The notes: generated by a model not told the origin, from the letters alone. A stretch of 64,000 nt of DNA from an uncultured delta proteobacterium (GCA_963727445.1 CAVSGI010000010.1:960001-1024000); one strand, 5' to 3'. Shown: positions 48,714-58,761, counted from the first letter of the stretch. Numbers and translations are program-made.

Positions 48714-50252
48714 TCAGCCGAGAAGACCCGGGATCGTCCCGGTCACCTCGCCGAGCGTATCGCCGGTGTGCCCCGCGGCCTGCATGGCGGTGATCAGCGC
48801 GCGTACCGGGTGAGCGCCGCCGGCGTCGATGTGCTGTCCGGTCATGAGCCCGCCGGCGTGGCCGCCGATGAGCATGGCCATGCGACTCACCGAGTGGGTG
48901 GCGTTCGCGGTGGAGCCGTCGTTGAGCTGGGTGCCGTGCCCCGCTTCGGGGGTGAAGACGAGCACGCTGTTGTCGAGCACGGTGCCGCCGCCTTCGGGCG
49001 TGTCCTTGAGCTTCTGCATCAGGTACGCGTAGTGGGAGATGTGCCACTGCAGCATCATCGAGACGTGGAATTGGCCGCGGTTGTTGGTGTCGCCGTTGTG
49101 GCCGAGCTCGTGGAGATCGGCATAGGCCGGATAGCCGAAGTCGGTGGAGATCGGCAGCACGCTCATGTGTGACTGGAACGCGGTGATCTGCAGGGTCGAC
49201 ACCCGCGTGAGGTCGCAGACGAAGGCCATGTGGATCAGGTCGCACATGACGCGCGCGCGCTCGTGCTCGTTGGAGTAGCCGGTGCCGCCCGTGATGTCCG
49301 CGCTGGTGGCGCCTGGATTGTCCGCGCCGATGGCGGGATCGGCGCCGGGATCGGGCGGCACCATGCACTCGCCGGTGGCCATCGGCGGGATGGCGGCGAT
49401 GCGCAGCTCGAGGGCGCGTAGCTCGTCGAAGTGGCGCTCGAGGCGGATCTGATCGGCGCGTCCGACGCGCGCCAGCACAGCGTCGCGCTTCTCCCCGATG
49501 AGGTCGAGAACGCTGCGCCGCGCGCGGATCTCGAAGTCGAGCCGCGCCGCCGCCGCGCCGTCGTCGGGCATGAAGCCGCTGAAGAGCGACATGTACGCGT
49601 TCTGGGGGCTCGTCTGCGCCTCGATGCGCCCCGCGCGTCCGCCGGCGTCGCGATACGAGATGTACTGGCGCCCCGCGTGATCGTATCCGCTCAGATAGAA
49701 GGGCACCTGGGCGCGCATCACCAGATGCCGGTGGATGGTGTCGCCGTCGTACATGTCGGCGATGATCTGGTCCGAGGTGGGCCCGTTGCAGATGAAGGTC
49801 GACTCGGTGGAGCGGGTGCCGCTGAGCAGTGGGCTCTTGCCCCCTCCGTGGAAGTCGCGGAAGGCGCCGCCCGCGGGCACCCCGCCCGCAGAGGAGTCCG
49901 ACGCGTTGAAGGGGATGTTCATGTTGCTGACGAGGGTGAAGTCGTCGATCAACGCGCGCATCGGCTCGAGGGGCGTGGTGATGGTGTACCCGGTCCCTGT
50001 CTCCGGCGGCGCGATGAAGTGGCCGGTCTCCGTCGTACGGGTGCCGTCGATCATGTAGTTGTCCTCGGCCCAGCCGTCGCCCCCGAGGGCCTGGCCGGCG
50101 AAGAGGATCGCGTAACGGGCGGGGGCGGCCCCTGGTTGCGCCTCCGCCCGGTTGCCATTGTCGTCGAGCATGCACTCGAGGACGGGCAGGCCCACGGCGA
50201 CGCCGCCGCCGAGCCCCAGGAGGAAGGTGCGCCTGTCGAGCTTGAAAGCCAT
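48714..50252 (-). CDS. DUF1552-family protein with a Tat-like signal
   Basis: LDRRTFLLGLG..GLPVLECM; RRSVLD; RLERHFDELRALE; AFVCDLTRV; EGGGTVLDNS. Confidence 0.85.
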   Translation of the reverse strand: MAFKLDRRTFLLGLGGGVAVGLPVLECMLDDNGNRAEAQPGAAPARYAILFAGQALGGDGWAEDNYMIDGTRTTETGHFIAPPETGTGYTITTPLEPMRALIDDFTLVSNMNIPFNASDSSAGGVPAGGAFRDFHGGGKSPLLSGTRSTESTFICNGPTSDQIIADMYDGDTIHRHLVMRAQVPFYLSGYDHAGRQYISYRDAGGRAGRIEAQTSPQNAYMSLFSGFMPDDGAAAARLDFEIRARRSVLDLIGEKRDAVLARVGRADQIRLERHFDELRALELRIAAIPPMATGECMVPPDPGADPAIGADNPGATSADITGGTGYSNEHERARVMCDLIHMAFVCDLTRVSTLQITAFQSHMSVLPISTDFGYPAYADLHELGHNGDTNNRGQFHVSMMLQWHISHYAYLMQKLKDTPEGGGTVLDNSVLVFTPEAGHGTQLNDGSTANATHSVSRMAMLIGGHAGGLMTGQHIDAGGAHPVRALITAMQAAGHTGDTLGEVTGTIPGLLG

Positions 50253-51922
50253 CAGAGTGCCTCCTCTCGGCGATGGGCGAAGCGTTCGCTCGCGACGAAC
50301 TCGGTGATGAGCGCTCCGAGGTCGTGGCCGTTGTCCGCGAAGATGGTGACGAGCTCGTCGACCGCCGCGCTCTCCACACCCTTGGCGGAGCGCCCGATGG
50401 CGAAGCTGTAGAGCTGCTCCATCGCGCAGCTCTCGATGTACCCGTCGGCGACCAGGATGTCGGCCAGCTCGGCGGGGCCGTTGAAAGGCGTTCCGTCCGG
50501 CAGGTTGCCGTCACCGTCGATGACGCACTCGGGGCGGCCCTCGTCGTGCTCGCGGAACACGCCGGCCATGTCGTAGTTCTCGAGCCCGAAGCCGATCGGG
50601 TCCATCTGGTCGTGGCAGCCCGCGCAGCCGGCGGAGGCGCGATGCGCCGCGTAGCGGTCGTACTTGCAGTCGTCGGGCGACGAGCCGGAGGGCGCCTGGT
50701 CCACGTTGACCGTGGCGGGCGGCGGCGGGATGACCTGACACATGAGGCGCGTGCGAATGAGGATGCCGCGCTGGGTGGGGCTGGTATCGGCGAACTTGGC
50801 GAAGGCCGACAGCACCGCGCCGTGGGAGAGGATCCCCGCGCGACCGCTGTCACCGTAGGGGACCCAGCCCTCCCCGCCCGAGGGGGCGGGCAGGCCGTAA
50901 TGCGCCGCGAGATCGTCGTTCAGGTAGGTCTCGTCGAAGGTGAAGAGGTTCGTGTAGTCCTGCGGCTCCTCGAAGACGACGCGATCGATGAGCGCGCTGG
51001 TCTCCATGGAGAAGTTCGCCACCAGCGCCGCGTCGTGCGGGATGATGCGGTAGCCCAGCCACATGGCGTGAAAGCGTCGCAGCTGATCGCGGGCCCGCGG
51101 GTCGGCGAGCATGCGGGCGACGGCGGTTCGGCGCCCCTCCTCGGTGACGAGCGCCCCCGAGGCGGCCTCGCCGAGGAGCGTCGCGTCGGGCGTCGAGGCC
51201 CAGAGGAAGTAGCTCATCCGGCTCGCGATCTCGTAGCCGTCGAGGGCGAACACTCCATCCTGATCGGTGGGCGTGCCCAGCTCGATGCGATACTGGAATT
51301 CCGGGTCCTGGAGGATGGCTCGGATCACCAGCCCGATCCCCGTGTAGAAGTCGTTGTCGACTTCGGCGATGTCCTCGGTGCTGAAGGCCTGGAGCGTCAT
51401 GTACCGCGTGATCTCCTCTTCGGTGATCGGGCGGCGGAAGGCCTTCGGGGCGAAGTCTTCGATGAACGCGCGGAAGCAATCGGTGTCGCCCGGGCCGGTG
51501 GGCGTGCAGGGGACGATCGCGTCGCGGATCGTCGTATCGCTCATGGCGTTGTTGGCGACGTCGGTCGCCCAGATCTCGACAGAGGTGATCAGGTTCTCCG
51601 ACGCCATCTGGAGCGTGTAGTCGTTGTCGAAGGGCTGGAAGGGGTCGGCGAGGAGCATCGCGGTCGCCTCACGCCGGTCGTCGCCGAGGAGATCGCGGAT
51701 GGTGTTGTCGAGCTCGTGGGTCGTGAGGCGACGTGCGCCGCTCTCGGAGGCGTAGTCCGCGGTGACCGGTCCGACCGTGCCGGGTGGACGAACGGGTGGA
51801 CCGTCGCCGCCTCCAGGCTCGAGAACCTGGCCCACGCAGGCGCCGATGCCCGCCAGTGTGATGATGATCGCCAGGTCCAGAAGGTTTCTCCTGAACGCCG
51901 GCTCCTCTGCCCGCTTCTCCAT
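50252..51922 (-). CDS. DUF1587/1595/1592/1588/1585 multi-domain protein with a CxxCH motif
   Basis: RRLTTHELDNTIRDLLG, AFRRP, YEIASRMSYFLW, RAGILS, TSPTQRG, CAGCHDQMDPIGFGLENYD. Confidence 0.88.
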   Translation of the reverse strand: MEKRAEEPAFRRNLLDLAIIITLAGIGACVGQVLEPGGGDGPPVRPPGTVGPVTADYASESGARRLTTHELDNTIRDLLGDDRREATAMLLADPFQPFDNDYTLQMASENLITSVEIWATDVANNAMSDTTIRDAIVPCTPTGPGDTDCFRAFIEDFAPKAFRRPITEEEITRYMTLQAFSTEDIAEVDNDFYTGIGLVIRAILQDPEFQYRIELGTPTDQDGVFALDGYEIASRMSYFLWASTPDATLLGEAASGALVTEEGRRTAVARMLADPRARDQLRRFHAMWLGYRIIPHDAALVANFSMETSALIDRVVFEEPQDYTNLFTFDETYLNDDLAAHYGLPAPSGGEGWVPYGDSGRAGILSHGAVLSAFAKFADTSPTQRGILIRTRLMCQVIPPPPATVNVDQAPSGSSPDDCKYDRYAAHRASAGCAGCHDQMDPIGFGLENYDMAGVFREHDEGRPECVIDGDGNLPDGTPFNGPAELADILVADGYIESCAMEQLYSFAIGRSAKGVESAAVDELVTIFADNGHDLGALITEFVASERFAHRREEAL

Positions 51923-52077
51923 CGCACCACCCGTCCCGCTGATGGCTGAAGGATTAAGTGTAGGCCAAGGTGTGAGGATCCGCAGAGGAATTTCGCTTTA
52001 AGCAACGATTCCACGCCCCAAGGTTGGTCCAACCACCAACCACCCAAGCTCGGACGCGTTGACTACAATCCGCGGCG

Positions 52078-53049
52078 GTGGCGGAAGAGGAAGAGGAAGT
52101 CGGCGGCGAAGAGGGAGGCAGCGAATGGCTCGGGCAGGGCTTCGCGCTGCTGTTGGTCTGCGCTCTGATCGGGCTGGTCGTGTGGTTCGCGCGCGGCTAC
52201 GACGCCAACCCCGACGTCGGATTCGTTGGCGATGCCGGAGCGGACGACGCCACCGCCGCTCACGACGCCACCGCCGCGCTTGGCGACGCGGTGGTGGCCG
52301 AAGAGGAGCTCGTCGAGGGGCCCGCTGCGAACGAGAACGGGCTCGACACCGCGCTCTTCGGCGCGCTCGTGACGTCGAGCGAAGGGACACCGCTGTCGCT
52401 GGAGCAGGGCTGCGTGCTCCGCGTCACGCTCACACCCGCGCCGACCATCGCGAGGGTGCGCCTCGACTGCGAAGGCTACCGCTACGAGTCGGCCACCTTC
52501 GACCGCGCGATCGGCGTCGTGCAAGAAGCCGTCTCCCCCGCCGGTCCCATCTACACCGTTCAGATCACCACGCCCCAGAACGAAGAGGACCGGCGCATCT
52601 CCGTCGACACGGACGGTGAGCGGATGCTCCTCCTCGACGGCGAAGGACGCGCGGAGCTGGTGGTCGATCAGTGGAGCGCGCCCCGCCCCACGGAGCCCTA
52701 CGACGTCTCGTCCCCCGGAGGCGAGCGGCCGCCCTTCGATCCCGAGGGCTGCACCGTCGAGCGGCGATGGATGGGGAGCGTGCTCCTCGCGGAGCAGGAG
52801 CTCGAGCCGCTCACCGTCTCGTTCCCGGAGGGAGTGGGAATCGACGTGGACCTCTTCGACGCCCGTGCTGGAACGATCGACACGCACCACACGTCCTGTC
52901 GCGACGGCGTGTTCACCATGTCGGGCTCGAGCGCGCGCTACGACGGCGTGCTCGGCCCGCACGGTCGTTCGGTGGTCGGCAACGCGACCTTCGACGGGGA
53001 GCCGGCGCTCTTCTGGCTGGTCGCCGTCCCGGCGCCCGCTACCGAGTGA
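52078..53049 (+). CDS. Single-pass membrane hypothetical protein
   Basis: N-terminal TM helix, DAG linker, acidic extracytoplasmic domain. Confidence 0.6.
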   Translation: MAEEEEEVGGEEGGSEWLGQGFALLLVCALIGLVVWFARGYDANPDVGFVGDAGADDATAAHDATAALGDAVVAEEELVEGPAANENGLDTALFGALVTSSEGTPLSLEQGCVLRVTLTPAPTIARVRLDCEGYRYESATFDRAIGVVQEAVSPAGPIYTVQITTPQNEEDRRISVDTDGERMLLLDGEGRAELVVDQWSAPRPTEPYDVSSPGGERPPFDPEGCTVERRWMGSVLLAEQELEPLTVSFPEGVGIDVDLFDARAGTIDTHHTSCRDGVFTMSGSSARYDGVLGPHGRSVVGNATFDGEPALFWLVAVPAPATE

Positions 53050-54106
53050 AGTCGAACACCTCGGGGCGGGCGTGGTCGAGGCAGCCCGCCGCCGCCCAGA
53101 GGTCCTTCGCCGATAGGTCCATCACCAGGGCTCCGCAGGTCTTCACGGCGTGCGGCGCCTCGGGAGTCGCGAGGTGGGCGCACACGCTCCGCGGGTAGCC
53201 GTCGTGGCTCCCGAGGCGCTGCCACATGTCCCGCCGGCTCTCGATCGCACGCTCGGCGATGCTCGAGGTGAGCCAATCGTAGCGGATGTGGGTGGTCGAC
53301 TCTGGGGTGCTTCGGTGCACCGCTGCCATCTCCGGGTCGAGGCAGTGATTCGTGTGCACGTACGAAGAAGCGCCGCCCTCGTAGACGACCTTCTCCTTGT
53401 GGCCGCTGGTCTCGATCCCGTAGGCGGTGTCGCCCTTCGCGACGAGGTAGTGATGGCCGCTCCCGAGGGGGCTCTTCAGGATCACGTCGCGACCTTCTTC
53501 GGCCGTGCGCTCCGCCAGCACCCGCCGCACGAGCGCCGGCCAGACGATGCCCACCTTGGCGTCGAGGCTCTTCAGGTTGTTGATGGTGATGGCGAGCCCC
53601 TCGGCGTTCATCCCCGTCATGCCGAGACAGCCGGTGATGGTGAAGACCCACGCCGCGGGGACCTCTGCCCGCGCCGGCACGCGCAGCATCATCACGTAGG
53701 GCTCCGCGGAGCCGTGCATGTCCCAGGTCTGGCCGAGCAGTGGTCCACCCGCCGAGCGCGCGAAGACCGCGGAGCAGTCCTCCTCCGCCGGCGCGTCGGG
53801 AGCTGCGGGCACGATGTCCCGCAGATCGGTGTAGTGGTTGAGGACGACGATCCGCGCCGGCTCGACGCCCGAGCCTTCGGCGATGCCGAGGAGCTCTTCC
53901 GAGAGGTCCGGGCTCTCTTCGGCCAACACCGGCAGGTGCTCGGCGGCGACCGCGAGGATCTGTGCTTCGGTGGTGAACGCTCCGAGCGTCTTCACCAGAC
54001 CGAGGCGGATCTCCGCGATCTCGGCGATCATCGGCGCGAAGGCCTCTCCGTGCGCCCGGCCCCAGTCCCGGGGCGAGGCGCCATCGGGTAGCTCGAAGAC
54101 CTTCAC
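53039..54106 (-). CDS. C45-family Ntn-hydrolase (isopenicillin-N acyltransferase-like acylase)
   Basis: WGRAHGE, EELLGIAEG, autocleavage Cys in EEDCSAV, GQTWD, GMNAEGL, HTNH; GTGA overlap with the upstream gene. Confidence 0.85.
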   Translation of the reverse strand: MKVFELPDGASPRDWGRAHGEAFAPMIAEIAEIRLGLVKTLGAFTTEAQILAVAAEHLPVLAEESPDLSEELLGIAEGSGVEPARIVVLNHYTDLRDIVPAAPDAPAEEDCSAVFARSAGGPLLGQTWDMHGSAEPYVMMLRVPARAEVPAAWVFTITGCLGMTGMNAEGLAITINNLKSLDAKVGIVWPALVRRVLAERTAEEGRDVILKSPLGSGHHYLVAKGDTAYGIETSGHKEKVVYEGGASSYVHTNHCLDPEMAAVHRSTPESTTHIRYDWLTSSIAERAIESRRDMWQRLGSHDGYPRSVCAHLATPEAPHAVKTCGALVMDLSAKDLWAAAGCLDHARPEVFDFTR

Positions 54107-57100
54107 TCGAGCGCCTCGAGCAAGGCCTGCCGGAAGGTGGATGCCGCGCTCACGCCGAGATCGTAGGGCGGAACCACGGCGAAGCAACCGTTCGGGAACA
54201 CGCGAACCCGGTGCGCACGCTCCATCAGCGATTCGGCGATCTTCTTGGTGTGCTCTGCCGCCTCGACGACGCGATAGAGGCCGCGGCCGCGAACGGCCAG
54301 GCCCGCGTCGCGCGCCGGCCCGAGCGCCTCGTCCCATGCGCTCGCGAGCTCCGCGACGTCCACGTGACGCGCCGCGCGGAGCTGGTGGTGGGCGCGGATC
54401 AGGCTGAGCTCGTCCCCGTCCCAGGTGGAGACCATGGTCAGCGCAGTGGGTACGAAGTAGCGGTCGTCGCAATGCACGAAGCCGATCTGCCCACCGGCCC
54501 ACCACGACAGGGTGTTGGGCATGAAGTCGAGCTGGCTCGAAGCGAAGGCGCCGTCGCCCGAGCGGTAGCACCCGGTCGAGGTCTCCACGAAACCCACGGG
54601 CACGTCGAGCTCGTCCCGGAGCGCGTCGAGCACCTCGAGGTACTCGGCGGAGAGCACCCTGCCCGTCCGCTCCTGCACCGGCTCGACGAAGAAGCCGATG
54701 ACCGCCTCGGCCCCACCCGCCTCGTTGATCGCGGCGTGAAGCGCTTCGATCGATGCGTCGACCCCGACATCCTCGGGGTGCGGCACCCGGCGCCAGCGCG
54801 AGAAGTAGCCCGGCCCTTGACGGTGGACGCGCGGATCGCTGATGGAGCGCGCCGCGCCGGTGGTGTGTCCGACGTAGCCGCCCTCGAGCCCCAGCACCAC
54901 CTGACCGTCCGGCCGATGGAAACGAAGCGCGCGGACCGCCTTGTCGAAGGCCTCGTCACGGCTCGAGGTCAGATACATGTGCGGCATCTGCGGCAACAGC
55001 GCGTCGACGTGCTCGACGGCGCGCACGATCGAAGGCGTCACGTAGTTCATGACCGTGATCTTGTTGACCGTCGGCCCGTAGAGCAGGCCCGACTGCGCCG
55101 CGGCGCGGAGCGACGCGGGCGGCTCCCAAAACGGACGGCTGATCCCTCCGGCGAGGTCGATGAACGCCTGCTCCGGCTCCCTTCGCGTCACCGGGTCCGG
55201 CGCGAACGGACCCACGGGGATGCGGTAATAGATCGCCTCGGCTTCGGGGTCCTGGTAGGCGCCGATGAAACGGAAGAGCTCGTAGGCGCCGAGCTCGATG
55301 TTCACGTGCATCATCGCTTCGGTCTTGCCAGCGCGGTTGCGGCTGGTGGCATGACGGTAGCGGCGCGCTTCGTCCTCGGTGCGCATCTTCGCCGCCTCCT
55401 CGAGCATCATCATCTTGAGGCGCTTGCCGATGCCGAATCCGCGGTAGCTCGGGTCGACGGTGAGGGCGATCGAGTAGAGCGTGTTGTTCTTGCCGAGCAT
55501 CGGATCGCGGTCCGGCCCGGCGAGATCGCGGAAGCGCTCGAGGGGCGCGGCGAGGGCGCTACCCACCAGCACCCACTCCTCACCGTCGTGAGCCTCGGCC
55601 ACGATGGCGACGCCGTCGGGATCTTCGAAGCCCAGCGCCAGCCGCTCCGGGGGATCGCGCCGCACCGGCTCGTAGACCCGCTCCTCCATCAAGAGCACCC
55701 GCGCCAGCATCTCCTCGCGCTCGCGACTCTGGACGCGGCGAAAGCGCAGCTCCGGGGCTTCGCGCTCGTCGGGATGGTCGCGATGGCCGAGGCGCGTCCG
55801 GGGCAGGTCCTCCCACTTGGGCGGCGTCTTGCCGGGATGCGCCTCGAGCCAGGAGAGCGTCCGGCGCATGGTGTCGAAGAGGAGATCGAGCTCTTCGTCG
55901 TCGTAGCTCGTCGACAGCCGGTAGCGCACGGTCTTGGTGCCAGCGCCGAAGACCACCGCGCCGCGCCAGAAGCGCTGCGAGAGGTACGCCATCAGGTGAT
56001 CGGTGCTCGGGAGATCGAAGGCGACCGCGTAGCCGGTGTTGCGCGGGTGGCGCACCAGCTCCGGGAATCGCCGCGAGAGATCCTCGAGGCGCTTGCGCAC
56101 GTCGGCCTCGATCCACGCCGAGGCGTCGTCGGCCACCTCGTCGGCGTGGGCCAGACCGCGCACGCAGGAGGCGGCGTGGGAGCTCGTCGGCTCCGGATCC
56201 TCGAAGCGGCTCATCACCACGCCGACCTGGGCGCGCTTGGCGAAGCACACGCAGTCGGGGCCGTCCGGGTTGCCGTCGAGGGCCACCAGCTCGAAGCGGT
56301 GATGCCAGGCGAAGCTGCCGCCCAGACCGAAGCCGCACTGCACCTCGTCCATGATCAGCGGCACGCCGTGGTGACGCGTCAACAGGCGCAGCGCACGATG
56401 GAAGCGTGCCGTCGAGTAGCGATCGCCGCCCTCGCTCTGCATCGGCTCGATCATCACGGCGAAGTACTCGCCGGTCACGAGGGCGTCGTGTACCGCCGAG
56501 AGCGCGCGGATCTCCTCCGCGAGGAGCGCGTCGCCCATCGCGCCCCAGGTGCTCGCCGCTTCCTCGAGGCGCCCCTTGGCCACGGTGCCGAGGTAGTCGG
56601 GCGGCGCCGCCGGCTCACCGCCGTGGGGCGTCCACCACACCGGATAGGGAGCGTAACTCACCTCGTGACCGGCGATCTCGAAGGGAGCGCGCTTCTTGGG
56701 ATTGAAGCTGGCGTGGAGCGACAGGAGCGTGCGCCCGTGAAAGCTTCCCTCGAAGGCGAGGATCTTCCGCTGGCGCTCGGATCGTGCGCGCTGCCGACAG
56801 AGCGCGAGCGCCTTCTCGTTGGCTTCGGCGCCGCTGTTGACGAAGCTGACGAAGGGCAGCCCCGGCACCAGGTCGCGCAGCAGGCTGGCATAACGTTGGA
56901 GCGCTTCGTTTCCGCCGAGGGAGGTGTCGTCCGCCGACAGGATGGTGTCGCCGAAGCCGCCCTCCACGTAGCGCCGCACCACGGGCCCCTCTGCGAAGCC
57001 GCCGACCAGCGTCGCCGTCTGGCTCATCCCGTCGAGCACCGAGAGCGGCTCGTCGTCCACCGAGACCATCCACGGACCGACCGACCGCAGGTGATCGAAG

Positions 57101-58761
57101 ACGCCCGGCTTCTTCTCGCGCACCACGCGCCCGCCCGCGTAGAGCCGGTCGAGCCAGCGGCGCGACTCCGGCAGGTGCCCCCCCGAAGGCCGCACCGTCT
57201 TGAGAGGACGCGGGTGCGCGGCGAGGGTCCGCTGCGCCTCCTCCGCCTCCTCTTCGGCGTGGCGCGCATCGAGGGCGTCGAGATCCGGCGCGATCAGGTT
57301 CTTGGCGAGCTTGGGATCGAGCGTGAAGGCGCCGGGGAGGTTCTCCTGGATCGCCACCGGGATCGTCAGGTTGCGATGCGCGTATCCGCCGGCCGGCCGG
57401 AAGTTGCCAGCGCTGCCGATACCGCCGAAGGGCAAGCGGGGGCTCGCCTGGTTGGTGCTGCGATTCCAGTTGAGGATCGCCACCGGCGTCTGATCGAAGT
57501 AGCGGTCGAAGGCCTCTCGGCTCGCGGTGAAGACGCTGTGGGCCAGTCCCACCGGCGCCGCGCGGAGCGCCGCGATCGCCTCGTCGTCGCTCTCGAAGCT
57601 CTCGACGTGCACGTCTGGCCCGAAGAGCTCGACGTTCGTATAGCCATCGATGTCGTGCACGCCGTGCGGGAGCACGTGCAGGCGCGGCGCGATGAAGTTG
57701 CCGCCTTCGGGCGCCTTTCCACGGGCGACCACTTCGGCTCCGGCCGCCTCCGCCTTCTCCATCGCGGTGCGCAGCTTCTGGGCGCCGCCCGCGGTGGCGA
57801 GGGGACCAGCGAACGCTTCGGGATCGTCGGGGACGCCGTAGCGAAGCCCATCGACCAGGGGGATCAGCGCCTCCATCAGACGGTCGCGGACGGAGGCATG
57901 GACCAGGACGCGATCGGTGCAGGTGCAGCGCTGGCCGCTGGTCAGATAGCCGCCCACCACGATCTCGTGCGCCGCCTGCCGGATGTCCGCATCCTCGCGA
58001 ACGACGCAGGTGTTCTTCCCGCCCATCTCGAGGGCCACCAGGACCTCCGGCCGATCGAGGAGCGCCTCGAGGATGCGCCGGCCGGTGGGCCACGACCCGG
58101 TGAAGGCGAGCGCACGCAGCGGCTCTGCGGCGAGGAGCGCAGCGCCCGCGGCGCCGCCTCCCTGCACCACGTTGAGCACGCCCGGCGGCAAGCCGGCGGC
58201 GAGGGCCGCTTCGGCATAGCGCTGGCCGGCGAGGGGCGCGACCTCGCTCGGCTTCATCACGACCGTGTTGCCGAGGAGAAGCGCCGGGACGACGTGCGCG
58301 TGACAGAGGTGAAGTGGGAAGTTGAAGGGCCCGATCACACCGACCACGCCGTGGGGATGGTGACGCAGCACCTCGTTGGGGAACTCGGGCAGCGGGCCGT
58401 CGTGCAGATCTTCGCGGATGCGGCTCTTCACCAGGTCGAAGCGGCCGACGAGGGCGCGGATCTCGGTCTTCGCCTCGGGGCGGAGCTTTCCGACCTCGCG
58501 CACGATGGCGTCGGCCAGCACGTCGGTGCGCTCGCGAATCGCCTCGCGGAAGTGGCCGAGGATCTGGGCGCGCTCGTCGAAGGACATCGCCTTCCAGGCG
58601 GGGAGCGCGTCGGCGGCGGCCGCACACGCTTCACCCATGCGCCCGGGATCCCACTTCGTCTCCAGCACCGGCTCGCCGTCGGTGGGATTGTGGGAGACGA
58701 GGCTCTCGCCCTTGGGCTCGTGGAACTCACCGCCGATGAAGTCGCCGAGGGGTGTGCTCAT
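54103..58761 (-). CDS. Four-domain fusion: AstD-like aldehyde dehydrogenase + class-III aminotransferase + GNAT + degenerate class-III aminotransferase
   Basis: GPFNFP, LEMGGKN, GQRCTC, ELFGP, PFGGIG (ALDH); NSGAEANE, SFHGRT, IEPMQSEGG, MDEVQCGFG, FAKR (AT-III); LTVDPSYRGFGIG (GNAT); GYVGHT, VEPVQERTG, STWDG (second AT-III). Confidence 0.88.
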   Translation of the reverse strand: MSTPLGDFIGGEFHEPKGESLVSHNPTDGEPVLETKWDPGRMGEACAAAADALPAWKAMSFDERAQILGHFREAIRERTDVLADAIVREVGKLRPEAKTEIRALVGRFDLVKSRIREDLHDGPLPEFPNEVLRHHPHGVVGVIGPFNFPLHLCHAHVVPALLLGNTVVMKPSEVAPLAGQRYAEAALAAGLPPGVLNVVQGGGAAGAALLAAEPLRALAFTGSWPTGRRILEALLDRPEVLVALEMGGKNTCVVREDADIRQAAHEIVVGGYLTSGQRCTCTDRVLVHASVRDRLMEALIPLVDGLRYGVPDDPEAFAGPLATAGGAQKLRTAMEKAEAAGAEVVARGKAPEGGNFIAPRLHVLPHGVHDIDGYTNVELFGPDVHVESFESDDEAIAALRAAPVGLAHSVFTASREAFDRYFDQTPVAILNWNRSTNQASPRLPFGGIGSAGNFRPAGGYAHRNLTIPVAIQENLPGAFTLDPKLAKNLIAPDLDALDARHAEEEAEEAQRTLAAHPRPLKTVRPSGGHLPESRRWLDRLYAGGRVVREKKPGVFDHLRSVGPWMVSVDDEPLSVLDGMSQTATLVGGFAEGPVVRRYVEGGFGDTILSADDTSLGGNEALQRYASLLRDLVPGLPFVSFVNSGAEANEKALALCRQRARSERQRKILAFEGSFHGRTLLSLHASFNPKKRAPFEIAGHEVSYAPYPVWWTPHGGEPAAPPDYLGTVAKGRLEEAASTWGAMGDALLAEEIRALSAVHDALVTGEYFAVMIEPMQSEGGDRYSTARFHRALRLLTRHHGVPLIMDEVQCGFGLGGSFAWHHRFELVALDGNPDGPDCVCFAKRAQVGVVMSRFEDPEPTSSHAASCVRGLAHADEVADDASAWIEADVRKRLEDLSRRFPELVRHPRNTGYAVAFDLPSTDHLMAYLSQRFWRGAVVFGAGTKTVRYRLSTSYDDEELDLLFDTMRRTLSWLEAHPGKTPPKWEDLPRTRLGHRDHPDEREAPELRFRRVQSREREEMLARVLLMEERVYEPVRRDPPERLALGFEDPDGVAIVAEAHDGEEWVLVGSALAAPLERFRDLAGPDRDPMLGKNNTLYSIALTVDPSYRGFGIGKRLKMMMLEEAAKMRTEDEARRYRHATSRNRAGKTEAMMHVNIELGAYELFRFIGAYQDPEAEAIYYRIPVGPFAPDPVTRREPEQAFIDLAGGISRPFWEPPASLRAAAQSGLLYGPTVNKITVMNYVTPSIVRAVEHVDALLPQMPHMYLTSSRDEAFDKAVRALRFHRPDGQVVLGLEGGYVGHTTGAARSISDPRVHRQGPGYFSRWRRVPHPEDVGVDASIEALHAAINEAGGAEAVIGFFVEPVQERTGRVLSAEYLEVLDALRDELDVPVGFVETSTGCYRSGDGAFASSQLDFMPNTLSWWAGGQIGFVHCDDRYFVPTALTMVSTWDGDELSLIRAHHQLRAARHVDVAELASAWDEALGPARDAGLAVRGRGLYRVVEAAEHTKKIAESLMERAHRVRVFPNGCFAVVPPYDLGVSAASTFRQALLEALE

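Noticed and set aside
48643..50853. Long N-terminal extension of ORF 47944..50853
   Set aside because: It is an off-frame read-through of the DUF1552/DUF1592 genes; only 47944-48642 looks coding.
53039..54106. Beta-lactam biosynthesis (IAT-like enzyme plus lysine aminotransferase)
   Set aside because: There is no ACV synthetase or IPNS in the window, and C45 enzymes are general acylases.
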